This document shows, one piece after another, positions 33,885 to 47,667 of a stretch of 64,000 nucleotides of DNA. The stretch's first letter is position 1. The number at the start of each line of letters is the position of its first letter. This DNA is from the human T2T-CHM13v2.0 reference genome, Homo sapiens. The notes under the pieces are model-generated. The model was not told where the DNA came from, searched no databases, and saw nothing but the letters and a program-made list of their open reading frames with translations. The position numbers and the translations under genes were made by a program. The DNA is taken from NCBI RefSeq assembly GCF_009914755.1, contig NC_060931.1; one strand, written 5' to 3'.

Positions 33885-34490
33885 TGTCCATTTGTTCTGC
33901 TTATCAATCTATTGTCTCTTAGCTCCAAATCCACTCATCTATACTTGGCTTTGCAACACTAGTGATGCAACTCTGCAAAGCAAATTTCAGCATTTCACCT
34001 CCATAGTTAACATTTCTGTTAGACTCTGACAATAGGGGACACTAGAGGGATTCTGCTAGAAGAAAGGAGGAGGAAGAGCCTTGATATCTCCTGTTTTGCT
34101 TCTTGCCTCCTTACTGTTCCTCTGAGCATCATGATAGCAGTGACTCTTCATCCCAGCAGTAGCAATTCCTTTCTGCAAAAGCAGATAAATCAGTTTTGCA
34201 GAGTTTTGAACACTTGCAAAACTAGCTCCCTCATGACCTCCCCACTATCACCATGAGACAAACACACTAGTGGTCTGGCATCCACTTCTTGGAAGTCTGG
34301 ATCCCAGACTCATGGGATCTCAGACTCCTCTGTAGTCTGAGTTTCAACTCTACAGAACCCCTCTGCTAAGTCTTAACAATTTTAACCATTTCCCTTTTTC
34401 TCCTTTAGGAACTCATCCTGTAGTTGCTGGCTCAGTGACACCCTAGAGTTCCCTTTTACCCTATAGATTACCTAGTTAACAAATTTCTGA
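33885..34490 (+). mobile_element. LTR41-like ERVL LTR
   Basis: tattgtctcttagctccaaatccac...ctctgcaaa...ctgttagactctgacaataggggacactagaggga...ttacctagttaacaa. Confidence 0.7.
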
Positions 34491-34609
34491 CTACATCCTT
34501 ACAGATACAGCATCATTAGACTATTGGTCTGGCAATTCTTTTTGCTGCCTCCCAACTTCTCCATTAAATGTAGAGGTGAGCGTGCGCAGGGTAGGAGTGG
34601 GATGGTAGG

Positions 34610-34754
34610 GGGCATAGCCTTTGTAACCTCAGGGTTTCACTTAATCATTCTCAGCCCTCCAGTACTGTTTAACCAACACTCTAAATTAAAATTTGTCTGT
34701 TAAATGAACTATAATAAAATATTTCTGTTTTCCTATCTGGATTCTGACTGATAT
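34610..34754 (+). mobile_element. LTR33/LTR41-type LTR 3' end
   Basis: ttctcagccctcc...tttctgttttcctatctggattctgactgatata. Confidence 0.5.
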
Positions 34755-34827
34755 AGTCATATTCTTGGTATTAAGTAATGTCACTGTAATTACCACTGTT
34801 AATTGGACAGAGGATGAACACCTGTTC

Positions 34828-35330
<503 letters not shown>

Positions 35331-35934
35331 TAAAGTATTTCTTTTTCAAGAATTTGAAATACTTTTCAAAATCACTTAATTAGTAGTAGAATATGCAAAA
35401 GAAGGCTAGAGAATGAGAGAAAACCAGAAAGAAGTTGAGTAAATACTGTAGTTAGTGTTGGATAACTAGATTTCTCTCAGAGCACTAGAACTATAATATC
35501 CTGAAAGAAAATGAAATCTGTTACCCAACACATGTCTCTGCACTTGTCCTATCTTCAAATAACTTACAATCAATTATAACACAGCTTGATAAATGCTAAA
35601 ACAGAAAACTGTAAAATTGTATAGGGTCATGGAAGAAAGGCTGGAGATGATTCCCTGGAGACAGGATGTAAAAAGGGAAACAATGAAGAAAGGAGACAGA
35701 GCATATGCAAAAAGAATGCTCAAGAGAGAGTGCAGTATTTAAAATACATGTAAACAGTTATCCTGCACCACAGGATATGTGTAGAATGTGGGAGAAAATA
35801 AAGCTGAAGATGTAGACAGGGGCCAGATTATCAAGTCGTGATTACAAAGCCAAGGAGACTGAAAACTAGGAGTAGTCCTCAATTTAGTCTCTTTCCCATT
35901 ATCTTCGTAAAGCAGAGACAACATGATGTGTTTA

Positions 35935-36065
35935 TTATGCTGTTTAATTTCCTACAGTGTACACAGGAAGGCTACATTTCCCAACTCTCCCCATTAGAAT
36001 TAGATGTGACCAACTGACAAAGTTCAGACCAAAGGAATGTAGGTAGAAATAGTACACACTAATTA
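35935..36065 (+). mobile_element. MLT1 (H/J-type) LTR fragment
   Basis: gctacatttcccaactctcc...attagatgtgacca...accaaaggaatgtaggtagaa. Confidence 0.5.
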
Positions 36066-36099
36066 AAGAACCAGTGGTCGGCTGTGGCAAGGGGCAGGA

Positions 36100-37458
36100 A
36101 AATTTCTTGGCTTCGTGTTCCAGAAAATTATCAGCTGCCACCAAGGGGAAAAATGACAGAAAACATGACTCCCCACCTACCATCCTCCACTAATCCTAGG
36201 AAAAACCAACTGCTGCTGGTAGAGAATCAGGAAATAAAAAATGTGCGCTTAGGGCCTTGTACTAGTATAAAAGTGATGTCTAAGGCTACTGGGGAGAGGC
36301 AGGAAACTTACGCATGTCAACTCTCCCACTGACAGAAGACAGAGTTAGGCTGAGATCAATGAAAGGAAGGAAAGCTCCTTGCCCTCTAAAGTCCATGCTG
36401 TGTTGAAGGGAAAACATGACTGCCACTGGAGGAGAAACAACATTGTAAAAGCTCCCCCTTGAGACTCCAGTGCACAGGCCCTGCATAATACTGAAAATGG
36501 AGGACAAGTGAGAGCCACTTTTTCCCCATAGAGCCATATACTTGTTGCTTGAGTAACAATCTGTGTCTTTGAGAGGGTCAGAAGCAAAGAGGTAAATAGA
36601 TGGCCCAGGTATGCAGGGCCTATGCACATCTATGAAAGCTGAATGGAAAGCAGGAACACTGAGAAAAACTTCCTGGTATCCCAGCCCCTGAACTAAACAC
36701 AAGAGAAACACAAGAGAGTAGAAATCTACCACTGAAGTAATTTGAAGTCTGTAGAACATAAAGGTAAATACAGCAACAAAATCTAGGTAAGGTACTGATT
36801 AATTGAATCAAGCCCAAACTAACAGCCTGATAGAAGAGATGAACTTATTTCCAAACATAAATATTATTTACCTTGGTCTTTACTGTTCTTTTATACATGA
36901 TGTCTGGAATGTACTAATAAAAAAATGTAAAAGAGCAAGAAAATCTTTAAAAATTTTTAAGAAGTAAGCAAGATAACTAATCAGATCCAAATGTAACTAT
37001 CAGAGAAATACTAAAATAACTATGATAATATGTTTAAAAATTTGATATGAAAAATAAACAAAATGCATGAACAGAGAGATTTCTGCAGAGAGGTGAAAAT
37101 ATCATAAAAGAGCCAAAGGAAGATTCTAGAAGTAAAATACACATCAGAGAGAAAGCATACATTTGCTGGGCTTCTTAGCAGACTAAACCCAGGAAATAAT
37201 CAGTGAATTTCAAAATAGAGCAACATAAATTATTCAAACTAAAGCACAAATAAAAAGAGGAGAGAGAGAATCTGAAACAGAGCACCCAAGAACTATGATA
37301 TGACATCTCATGGTCTAACATACATATATTTGGAGATGCAGAAAGAGATAAAAAGAAATGTTTAGAGAGATAATCGTGAAGACTTCTCCAAATCAACCAC
37401 AGATTCCAAAAATTCTGAGAACTTCAGAAGAATAAATAGGAAGAAACACACCTAAGTG

Positions 37459-37489
<31 letters not shown>

Positions 37490-38430
37490 CTGCTGTAAAC
37501 CAAAGGTAGAAAAGCTAGATGAATACCAAAGAAAAAATACATAGCATCTACAGAAAAGGAAAGATAAGAATCATCATAAACCTCTCTTCAAAAAAAAAGC
37601 AAGTCAGAAGAAAATGAACCATGAACCAATATCATCAGGTAATGAAAGCAAAAACAAAACAGAACTAATAAACAAACAAAAATACTGTCAATCTAGAATT
37701 CTATACCCAGTAATATATTCCTCAAAAACAAAAGTGAAATAAAAACTTTTCAAGACATAAAAGAAGAAATGCATTAGAAAAAATGTTAAAAGTGGTTTTG
37801 GCCAAAAGGAATATGATTCTAGGTAGACATTTTAATATACAATACAAGAATGAAGAGTGGTAACAATGTTAGATATATAAGTAAATATTCAAGATATTTT
37901 TTACTCTTTCTATTTTCTTTAATATATGAATGTGTAAATAAAACTGGGAAAATTGTTCTTTGGGGATTACAACATGTGGAGAAGTAAAATGCAAGACACT
38001 CGTAACAAAATGGATGGTAAAGGAGAAACCAAAGTATATTCTTGTAAGGCCCTTACACATTACATGAAATGCTATATTATTTAAAGGTAGACTTGATAAA
38101 TTAAAGATGTACATTTTAAACTATAGAGAAACCACCAACAGAGTAAGAGAGAGAGGAAGAGAAGGCTAGTAGACTAATAGTGGAGATTAAATGGAATCAT
38201 ACAAAATAAGAAATCTAATAAAATAAAAGGAAGAAAAAGAAAACAAAACATAGTTGAGAGGAATAGAAAACAAAAACACTAAAATAGATTTAACCCAAAC
38301 ATGTTAATAATTACATTAAATACAAATGATTCCAATGTCAATTAAAACATAGAGTTTGTCAGCTTGGATGGAAAAGCAAGATTCAACTACTTTTTGTTTA
38401 CAAGAAACTCAACAGAAAGACACAATTGGA
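36100..38430 (+). mobile_element. Old L1M 5' region, ORF1 remnant, inter-ORF and ORF2 start; contains (CAT)n at about 37459-37486
   Basis: ctgtcaatctagaattctatacccag (ORF1 PRILYP motif); taataattacattaaatacaaatg...caagaaactca (ORF2 start). Confidence 0.75.
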
Positions 38431-40769
38431 TTAGACAAACTTGTAATCAGGTCAGGAATGTGTAAGCCAAGAACTAAACACTTTTTATGAAGTTACAGCC
38501 ATAACTTATTTATCTTTTGCATTATGATGTAATTTTCTGTTTGGTTTCTAGTCTTTCTGGAGATGGCAGACCCTTTCTATGAAATTAGAAAGTCATTCCA
38601 GCATCATCATCACATGGGAGACTATAGACCCTATAAAAAATGACACACAATATTATCTCAATATGTTTTTAAAAGTAAAATATGGACAAAATGAACAACA
38701 AGAGCAGCATTGAATAAGAAAAGATTTCAAGACACATAGCAAAAGTAAGTAAAGAATGTGTTGTGACATGGAAAAGAAACATCATGTTTTGGTGCAAGCT
38801 TAGGGTCCATCAACATAAGCATCATAGGCCCTTGAAACAAACAGCAAAAAAGAAAAGAACTAGTAGACATCCTTATACAGCTCCTTTCTTCTTGATTCAT
38901 GTACCACTGACAGGTATGCAGTAAAACAAAACAAAAACAAAAACAAATTAAAGAGAAAACTTCATTTTTTACCCCACTGCCTATTCATACCCAACAAAGG
39001 TATTATTATTTTCTCTGCTACTCAGATGAAATTGAGAGGAAACTCCATGACTTTTTGGTTACTCATAGGTAATAAAAAATTCTCTGATTGCATCTGGTCA
39101 CAAAGAGAAAGTCTCATTTCAGCAATTAAAATGTCCTGTCCATGTAATATCAAACTTCATCTAAAGTTAGAGCTTCTCCTCAGCCCTAGTTGGCCTGCTA
39201 GGTTGTTACCTGCAGTGGGAAAGAGGTATTGTGGGTTCCTTCTCTATTTCCTCTATTACTGTGCAAGTCCTACATAGGTGGTCTAACTTTAGAATGTGGA
39301 ATAGCTGGCAAATATTGTTTTGGGGCTTTGGCCAAAACGGAGTCAGAAATAGTTCAGCTTTAACATCCTGTTGCATATCCTTGGTAGAACAACTACAACG
39401 CACAATGTTCATACAGCTTTTCACTCCATATGTTGTAAGTTGAGATGGAGAATTCAAGGGCAGGCAGTAGAATAACAAAGTGGGCATGCTTAGGCTCTTT
39501 ACAGGAAATACCTAACCACACATGTCACAATCAACTGCAGTGTTTCCTAACTTTCCCACCAGCTTACCCTGAATCACTGAGGAAGAGACAGACCCCTGTA
39601 GGATGTGAGGTCTTAGTCTAAAGAGGTATTTTTATTTATGGTATTTCTTAACAGGCTTGTGTTTTGCTAATTAAAACACACAAACTTGTGTTCTATACCA
39701 AAATGCCTCTTTTTATTTTAGCATTAAAAATTATATTTTTTTCTAACATTTTCCTTAAAATTGTTTCTCTAGAGATATGTATCACATGTAATGTCTAATT
39801 CCAGTTTAAAACCAGCAAAATGCCATATGCCCCAGTTTGGTCAATCACAATCTGGAAATCATGGTGTTTATGTAATTCTGAAGGATGCTTTTGGAATTAG
39901 TTTTTCTTGTATTCCTCGTTAATACATGGCCATTTAAGTTGCTTTTAGCAGAAATGTTTAAATACCTGCTCAGAGGAAAGCAAACATTTGTTTTCAGAAA
40001 GCATATTAACCAAATAAACACCTGGGCCCTTTTCCAGACATTGTTTTTTTTTTTTTCTTCACCTTTCCTCTTAACATATCCCCTTATAGTCTTGATTTGT
40101 CTCCAGTTTCAGGTTGCACCCAGCTTAAAATAGAAATCAGTAATATTATTGGAAAGAGAAAGGAAACTTTAGAAATATAACTTTTTTACTCATTCTAAAG
40201 GAAATTGGTCCCGCAAGAGAACCAAGCTAAAAGCAGTGTTGAGTTGAGTACACTTACAAATTCATTATGTGACAACAGGTCTGCTACACCTGTTGTGGGC
40301 TCATTCACCCATCAGAGTTTATCTGTAGTTTTTCTACCTATAACTTCAACTATAATGAGAACAGGGAGACTCCTCACAGAACTCTATAAGCTCAAAGCTG
40401 ATACTCCGGTGAGACAGGTACTCAGAGATAAGTGGAAACTATTCAGCTCTATTTCAGTTCAAAAAGCTAACTCCTGCCATTCCAAGATAAACATCCCTAG
40501 AGTTATTGGTGAAGTTAATATCACACTGGGAAATGAATGGCTGTATGAGCTAGCTGCAAAAATAGGCAGAGTCACTGAGTCAGAACAAGAGAATAAAAAA
40601 GCTAGTTAGCTGTTTCTAATTTTCAAAAAAAAAAAAAAAAAAAAAAAACAAATAAAACCCAACCTTCTAAATCCAAGAGGTTAAACCTAGAACTAGGGAT
40701 ATTAGTGGTTTAGTGAAAAGTGAACTCAAAGTCTAGGAAAGTATTTTTAAAGTGTAACTCCTAAGACCT

Positions 40770-40921
40770 GCGTCAGGATCACAGGTGGGAATGTCGGTTG
40801 CCCAGCTTGTTAAAAAATGCAGGCTCTTAGACCTAACACTAGACCTGCTGAATAAATATTAGGAGTTGAAAATTGCCACCCAGGAGATCCTTACTGATGT
40901 TGTTGATTGAAAACCACTGGA
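40770..40921. mobile_element. MER5-type MITE remnant
   Basis: agcttgttaaaaaatgcaggctct...agacctgctgaat...cccaggagatcctta...ttgaaaaccactgg. Confidence 0.6.
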
Positions 40922-41011
40922 TTAGGATCTAATAGATCAATAATACAAGGAGGAAGAAATTATGAGTCTCTGAGAGTAAAATAGGCTATTGACAATAGCA
41001 CAAAAGCTAAA

Positions 41012-41329
41012 TAGATTCACCATCCCTGATTCACAGTTGTGAAATCTATAAAGTTCTGAAAAACAAAAAGTGTTTTTGGTAACTTACTTAGAGGTCATTC
41101 CCAATCTGATCTAAACTTATTTCTTGGCCAAAAAAAGCAATTCATACTTGAGTGAGATTATGTGTAACCTTTATTCATTCTATTTTGTGTGCATGTTTGG
41201 GTTTTGCAGCATAGTCACTGTGTGATGGCCCAAATGGAGTTAGTTTGTAATATAAGATAGATCGTACTTTATTCTGAATTCCCAAATGCACTTAGCTCAA
41301 TGATTTTCAGATGAGGGAATGAGTATCTG
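41012..41329 (-). mobile_element. TcMar-Tigger MITE (MamRep434-like)
   Basis: Degenerate TIRs tagattcaccatccctgattc / cagatgagggaatgagtatctg; ttctgaattcccaaatgcac. Confidence 0.5.
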
Positions 41330-41399
41330 CAGTTGTTTAAGGACTTTTCAGTTGCAGGAAAATAATACAACTAAATGAGCCTCAACCTAAACAAATATT

Positions 41400-41540
41400 G
41401 GGGGAACATCTGTGAAAGATAAAGGGGAAAGGCAGGAGGAGGAGGTGGGAAGAGCCATTGGACTGCAGTGCTGACCTGACACCTGTGAAAGGAGAACAGG
41501 AGGGAAGGAGGAGTGAGCCTAGTGAGCTCCAGACTTCAGG
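41400..41540 (-). mobile_element. LTR16-like fragment
   Basis: gactgcagtgctgacctgacacctgtgaaaggaga...ggagggaaggagg. Confidence 0.55.
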
Positions 41541-43786
41541 CTAATCTTATTCTACCCAATACAGTTCACATTTTGAATTGTCTTTCTCGATACATATTTG
41601 TCAAACCATATATCTTCACTTAAGGTTTGTAAATTATGGTTACTGTAAGTTAAATACGTAGAAAACGTTGTCCTATCATGGTCATTCAGCCCTGAGAAAA
41701 AAAGCTCTCAAAGGAATCACTGGTCTACAGATCAGAGAAACCATTTGGTTATCCGCTGTAATACACACTTTGCCCAATCCCTTGTTGCTGATGGAAGAGA
41801 CCCAAATCAAAACTGCATTGGTTGACAAGGACTAGAGCCAACTGATCCCAGTCCTTTTCTTCCTTTTGCCCTGCATAGTTGCCATGGTTTTTGCTTCTCT
41901 GAGTATCTTCTGAGGACGTACACTTAAGGAATCTGTCTGGCTGTTACAAGCTAAAATTAATAAATAAAATAGACCTTATAAGGTTTCTTATCTGTCCTAC
42001 TGATTTGGACACTTTGCATATCCTCAAACTCCACCAGATTTTTTTTCTTTATAGCCAGATAAAGTGGAATTTTCCAGACAAGTTTTATCAGATACTGATA
42101 ATAGCCATTACATGACAAGATTAAAGGGATAAATTAGCACTCTGTGCTAACCTCTGTTACTAAGACATAAAGGAAATCTGATATGTTTTAACTAGGTGGG
42201 TTTTTCCCATAAAATAGACATTTATAGGGCCATTTTTTTGTGAATTTTCTTGTTAATGCTGTTTAGGTGTAACTCTTTTTCCTTCGTTTCTTTGCTTTTT
42301 CAAAACAGTGATCACCTGAAAATCAATATTTTTAAAATCACCAACTTAAATGTTTCTTCTTGTTCTGGTTTTCATGGGTGCTCTATGGGTGTCAGGTATA
42401 AAAGGAAAAGATGAGAAAAAAATGTTCACTAGTCGGTGCCCTTGCCTTAGAGTTCAATTCTAGTTGTTCTCTGAGATTTTAGCATCACACTCATTACTTA
42501 TTTATATCTTTCCTCTTTTTTCCACTTTGCAGATAATTGCTACTTAATTGATACTGCTTCTATGCAAACCTAGTCACAAGACACACTGCTAAATACAGGA
42601 ATCATTAATCTGTGTGTATTTTGTAGATTTCCTTTAAAAGGGAGACTGGAATAAGCAAAGTCATTAGCAGTTTATTTGCAACAGTGCACTTATGGAAAGC
42701 TCTGTGGAGGACACATCAACAGTCAATATATAACTGAGCAATTAACACAGGGCTCCCGCACTTTGGGGTGTTAGCATGGGAGTAAACAGAAGCAGATGTG
42801 AAGTGTTTGTGCTGTTAGCATGCACGGTCTGTTCTGACATATGCAAATACCACTCACGCTTACAGAACCTGCAACCCCTATTGTACCATGACCTGATGAA
42901 GCCCTATGACAGAAGTGCTTCATTTGCACTGGGTGCTATTAATTATTAATAGACCAATACCACCTTTTCTTGTTATTAGAGCTTAGCAGAAAGCCAGGTG
43001 AGGAAGCATACACAAACAATTTGATAATACTCTAGTTCTCAGCTTGCCTTGACAACTGCTCTCTTGCCAGTGGACTCCCTAAAACTAGAGAACAATTAAG
43101 GCCAGAGAACACATAAAGGGTCTCAAAAGACTGACAGATGGGATCACCTGTGCAAGTCAGGCATAAATTTGGATAGTTTTCTCTGTGGGACTCAGGTAAA
43201 GCCTGTGATGAACCAGTGGTTTCATGCAGGCAGGAGAATCTCGGTCTTGAGATAGATTTGTCCATGAGAACTCAATTTATCATTTTTCCCTTTCTTAACT
43301 GGGATCTGAAAAATTATTGCTCACTAGAACAATTAAATTAGAAGCAAATGGCATGACTTTCTGTCTGTGTATCTTTAAAGGACATGTCTTAGGCCTCATC
43401 TTTTATACCACTTGCCTTCTGGAAAAGAAAGCAAATTTTATTGTGCAAAATGTAATTTCTTCCATCTCACTGTCAGTAAATTGTAAGATATCTCACCACT
43501 AAAGAAAGGTTCTTTAAGTATTTTAAAAGTCGTATATGCATCTCAGAAATGGCAACACTTCATTAAAAAGAAAACTGCAACAAAGATTATTCTAGAGCCT
43601 TTGCAGTCTGTAAATGGGAAACCTACTTGTGGGTAGATTGATGAAAGCCACGTGGTAGCTATTAGCTAGTCAGGATTTTTTTTAATTCTCTAAATTATAG
43701 CACAACATTCCTTTAGGGTGATGGGGAGAAACTTGCCCTCAATTCTTTATTTTATAAAGAATATTTTTGAGACCATGTGTTGCTGC

Positions 43787-43800
43787 ATATATATATATAC

Positions 43801-43829
<29 letters not shown>
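43787..43829. repeat. Imperfect (TA)n
   Basis: Directly visible. Confidence 0.9.
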
Positions 43830-43831
<2 letters not shown>

Positions 43832-44689
43832 CCAGACTTATGTTTTCCTATGACTAAGCTAGACCCACTTTAAGTACATCCCAGTGGAATGAATTAATTT
43901 GAACCATTAGTACATTCTACTATAGATATCCTAACATTTACTCTGATCTTTTACCAAAATCCTGGTTTTCCATCATCCCTTTGTAAAAATATCTTACATA
44001 CAACTTGACTAAAGCTATTAAGGTGAGGGGCTGAAATAACATATCTTAGACTTATTGAATTGAAATCCTATCCTCTCTGCGAAAACGGAATCAACTAAAT
44101 GAAACATGAGGCAGATTCTTTACTCCTCAAACTCATTCTATAATGCAGTTCTCAGATTTGGGGGGAAATAGCAAATACTAAATCCTTTGCAGAGTATAAA
44201 TCTTCATTTGCTCATAATCATAACAGCATTGTCTCCATTTTATTTGAGTATGAGATCTATTTTTCTAGTTTTTTACATTTCTGTCTAGATAAAGTAAAAT
44301 TTTTCTCCAGTCACATTCTACACATATTGAGCCTCATGCTTACGAAAATAAATTAAGGTTGATTTCATTTATTAAAACAGTACTTAAATTCTTAGGAATA
44401 TACTATATCAAGTAAGCAACATTTCCATGAACAAGGTCAGAGGGGAAGTGAACAGAGGAAGTAGGAAAACTAGGAAATGGAGTAAGGATTCACGAAGTGC
44501 AATACAATTTGCTTTGAAGGCCTTGATTTTTGAACTGGCATATGTCTCAATATTACAAGAATTCTGAAAGGAAATGTTTATGATCTAAGTATTTTGTTTA
44601 CTATGGTGAGATGAGGCAGATACAAACTTCTGAATCATGGAATCAGGCACCTGGGTCATGGGCTGTGCTGGAATATGTAGACAGGAAAT

Positions 44690-45177
44690 TGATAGGAGAA
44701 AATATCCACAGGTCTTTTACATTTCTGCATGTCTTGTGGGCAGTTTTTTTTTCCCAGACTCTATTTTTAAATATGTTTGTATAGAAAACAGCCTTAGAGT
44801 ATAGGGATGGTGCATTCCTCCAGAAGAAGAGGCAGATTTACTTACTGTTCAGTAAAATCAAGAGAATGTCTCCCTCCAGGGCATAATCAAGCACACTTAC
44901 TGTCCATTATAAAATATTTGGCTACCCAAGCTCCAATTTCATTTGCTTGGAGCACAGTTCACTGCATGTGCACTTATTATCTAGCCCTCTTTGGGTGTGA
45001 AATCTAGGGCTCAGAGACCCAGGAGAGAATATGCTGATTCTCCTGCCATGAATAATGAAGTTTTTTGATTCTGACAAAGGAATCTCACATATTCTGCAAT
45101 CATTCATAAAGCTGTGGCAAGCTAACTTGTTTGCTCCCAAGTGGAGAAAAACCTCAGAACTTTCATAGTTTTTGACA
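44690..45177 (+). mobile_element. 5' LTR, LTR40-like (ERVL)
   Basis: tgataggagaaaatatccacagg...tgtttgtatagaaaacagccttag...ctgtggcaagctaacttgtt...tttttgaca; TG...CA ends. Confidence 0.8.
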
Positions 45178-45180
45178 GTT

Positions 45181-45198
45181 TGGCAATGCATATGGGAT
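45181..45198 (+). other. Degenerate primer-binding site, tRNA-Ser(GCT)-like
   Basis: tggcaatgcatatgggat vs TGGCGACGAGGATGGGAT: 13/18, two differences are CpG decay; lies 3 nt after the LTR. Confidence 0.55.
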
Positions 45199-45648
45199 AC
45201 TGACAAAGACAAGATTTCTGGAAAAGAGTAGATTAAAGCCTCATGAGGCAATTGACAACATTTGGGAAAAGTTCATAGCAATCAATGGTAAACATATAGA
45301 CCCGATTGGATAGCCTACCTGGCAGTAAATGGACTTCATTGTATTGCCTATTAATGAGTAGGTATAGGGAGGTTATTGTAGGCCATTACTAGGAGGCAGG
45401 TTCACAGGCAGATGCAGGAAGGGTGCCCTGGTTGTTGCTAACCCTTCTAAATAGCTACTGCTTCTTGGAGCCATAATGGTCCCAAACAAGGGAATACACC
45501 CACCATCATAGGCAGAGCACAAAATAAAGAAGTCTATGTTTCTGCTGCAGAAGCTATTGCTGAAGCCAGACCCCTGCCAAAAGTTGACTCACTGGTCTCA
45601 CTGGGAGGGAGAGAGGCCCTATTATACAGGGCATGTCCCTCATCTTTC

Positions 45649-45950
45649 TGGCATTTTGGCTACATCTGGCCTTTGACTTCCTTTCAGGGTTACCTATGAT
45701 GTCTTACTACCATTGACACATTTTTTAGTTTACATATGTTCCATTTCAATCAGCCAACTCTGGCCACTAAATGGTGTGAGGATTTCAGTTTTCCAGTCTA
45801 TTTGTAGTTGACAGTTGTGCACCTCTTATTACAACAGCCACTAAATAATAGGTTGATAGTCAAAGTTTTTAATAATCTTCCATGCATTATATTATTCACG
45901 ATCATCTGGTATTCTTGAGTGTTGGAACCCTCTTGTAAATGAAGGATTTC
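45649..45950 (+). pseudogene. Retroviral integrase catalytic core remnant
   Basis: WHFGYIWPLTSFQGYL*CLTTIDTF ... FSFPVYL*-DSCAP ... SSGILECWN aligns with WQxDYIGPL..DTFSG / LQSDNG / SG.IERWN. Confidence 0.75.
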
Positions 45951-46619
45951 AAAAGCTTTCTGACTCTAGCTTTCTCCCCTCCTTCCTGTCCACACACTTC
46001 AGTAGGACAGACTAGTCACCAAATATGGCTTCCTACAGAAATTGTTCACCTTTCTTTGGCCACTTCTTGGATAATGATCAGTTTTAAAGGAGAGTGGGGG
46101 AGGTTATACAGACTTATTTTGAAAAATTGGGATTCTGTATAACCATTCCTAGACATGAAGAATCTTTCTTTACCCTAAAAGCAATCCCAGATGGCCTGGT
46201 TGGTACACCCTCCTAGTGGCAGCTCAACCAAAAGGGGAACTAGTGAATTCAAACTTAATTTTGGTTAGCCACTTGGTTTATCTTGTTGGATTGACATGGT
46301 CATAGAACACGAAGATAATGACCACTAGGTTGAGTATACCACTTTGAGAGCCCCCCTATAGTGATCAACATGGGTCAAAGTGGGAGACAAAAATGAATTT
46401 TTGTAGGTTTTATTAAAATATCTGTGTTCCTCTTTCACTTAGTCCATTTGTATAAGAAATCTGGATATGAATACAAGATGACTGGAAAAAAAGGTATAGT
46501 TATAGCTATTCACCAATATCCTAGTGATGGAAGGAAGACAACATCCTTGCCTCCTGGGAAGGAAATACTTCAGACCCCAGAAGGTATGCGGGGAGAAGGC
46601 ATTAAGGATTTCTGTCTTT

Positions 46620-47620
46620 CAGAATCATTGTGCATCTTCCTTCAGGAAGAAAAATGCTCTGTTGTGGCTCTATCAAGCTGTTGCAAAATTTTGAATATAA
46701 CTGAGTCCTACATCTGCTGTGGCCTGCCAGAAGGCCTGACCACAATTTGTTTGCTGTTACCCAGAACCTCATTAAGAAATCAATCGAAATTGCAGGTGAT
46801 GGTCCTGGAAAATCTACCTCTCACACAAAATATCCATTGACCATGGGATATCTTGCTCTTCCTTATTCCTGTAGTTGTCACTCAGTACTTTCATGGGGCA
46901 GATTAGTGTCACCTGGCTGGTGCTGTGGATAAACAAGGCCAGTTGGAATAACTGCCTAATTCAAACAGAACTAAGTATCCTAAGAACTATCAGCCAATTG
47001 GAGGCCATATTTCCTACTTGATTGCTGTAAAACTGTGATCCCAATTAATTTAAGTTTCAGTGGTGGGGCCCAACAATTGTCAAGAACACATTTTTGCACG
47101 GACACCATGTGTACCCAAATACTTCTTGTGTTGAAGCCGAGCATTACCTTGCCTCCTTCCCCAAAATACAGTGACTTGCATAAGAAGACCTTTCAGTGTT
47201 TAAAGAAACACAACCAGTAAATAATTTTGCCTCTCCAAAATAAGGCCACCCTTCATTACCTGGGGAAAGCTTGCTGTGAGATAACTGCTTCATCATTTAT
47301 GTGTACCCTGAAGGCAGACATCCCTATGATGGAAATCATCTAATTAGAAAAGATAGCACGAAATTCATGCTGACATCAGCTGAAGTGATTTATGACCCTA
47401 CTGGCCAGGATTGTTATGGATGACAAAACTTGCCCTAGATTTTCGCCGTGTACGCTTATACCTGTATTAATGCCTCCAGCCTAGTGGAAAGGTCAAAACA
47501 ATGACTGAAAGACTATAATAGTCTTTATTAAATTCTATATAAGATAAACTGAAAGTATTTTGATCTCACCCTTTATTAGTCAGATCAACTGGAATGGGTG
47601 ATGAAGTCATGTACTCATGG
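46620..47620 (+). pseudogene. env remnant (gamma-type SU N-terminus and TM immunosuppressive domain)
   Basis: NALLWLYQAVA/LNITESYIC (N-x-T-x-CWIC-like) at 46653-46717; LARIVMDD/KLALDF and TCINASSLVERS at 47401-47500. Confidence 0.65.
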
Positions 47621-47667
47621 AAAAATTTACCAGAAGCCAAGAGAGTTTACAAACAAGGAGTGGGTAC

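Larger units (their letters stand above)
45178..47667 (+). mobile_element. Internally deleted HERVL40-like proviral body
   Basis: PBS; gag-like RVPWLLLTLL (45420-45449); integrase core; env remnants; purine-rich tract before the 3' LTR. Confidence 0.75.

Noticed and set aside
40205-40609. 134-aa ORF followed by an A-run, resembling a retrocopy
   Set aside because: Non-ATG start, no recognisable parent protein, and no TSD found around the ORF and A-tract.
46206-46222. CTCF-like gccactaggagggtg on the minus strand
   Set aside because: Mismatches at core positions (no GGC); weak.
45640-47260. Inverted or foreign segment inside the provirus
   Set aside because: Plus-strand translation gives integrase and env motifs in the expected order, so the body is collinear.
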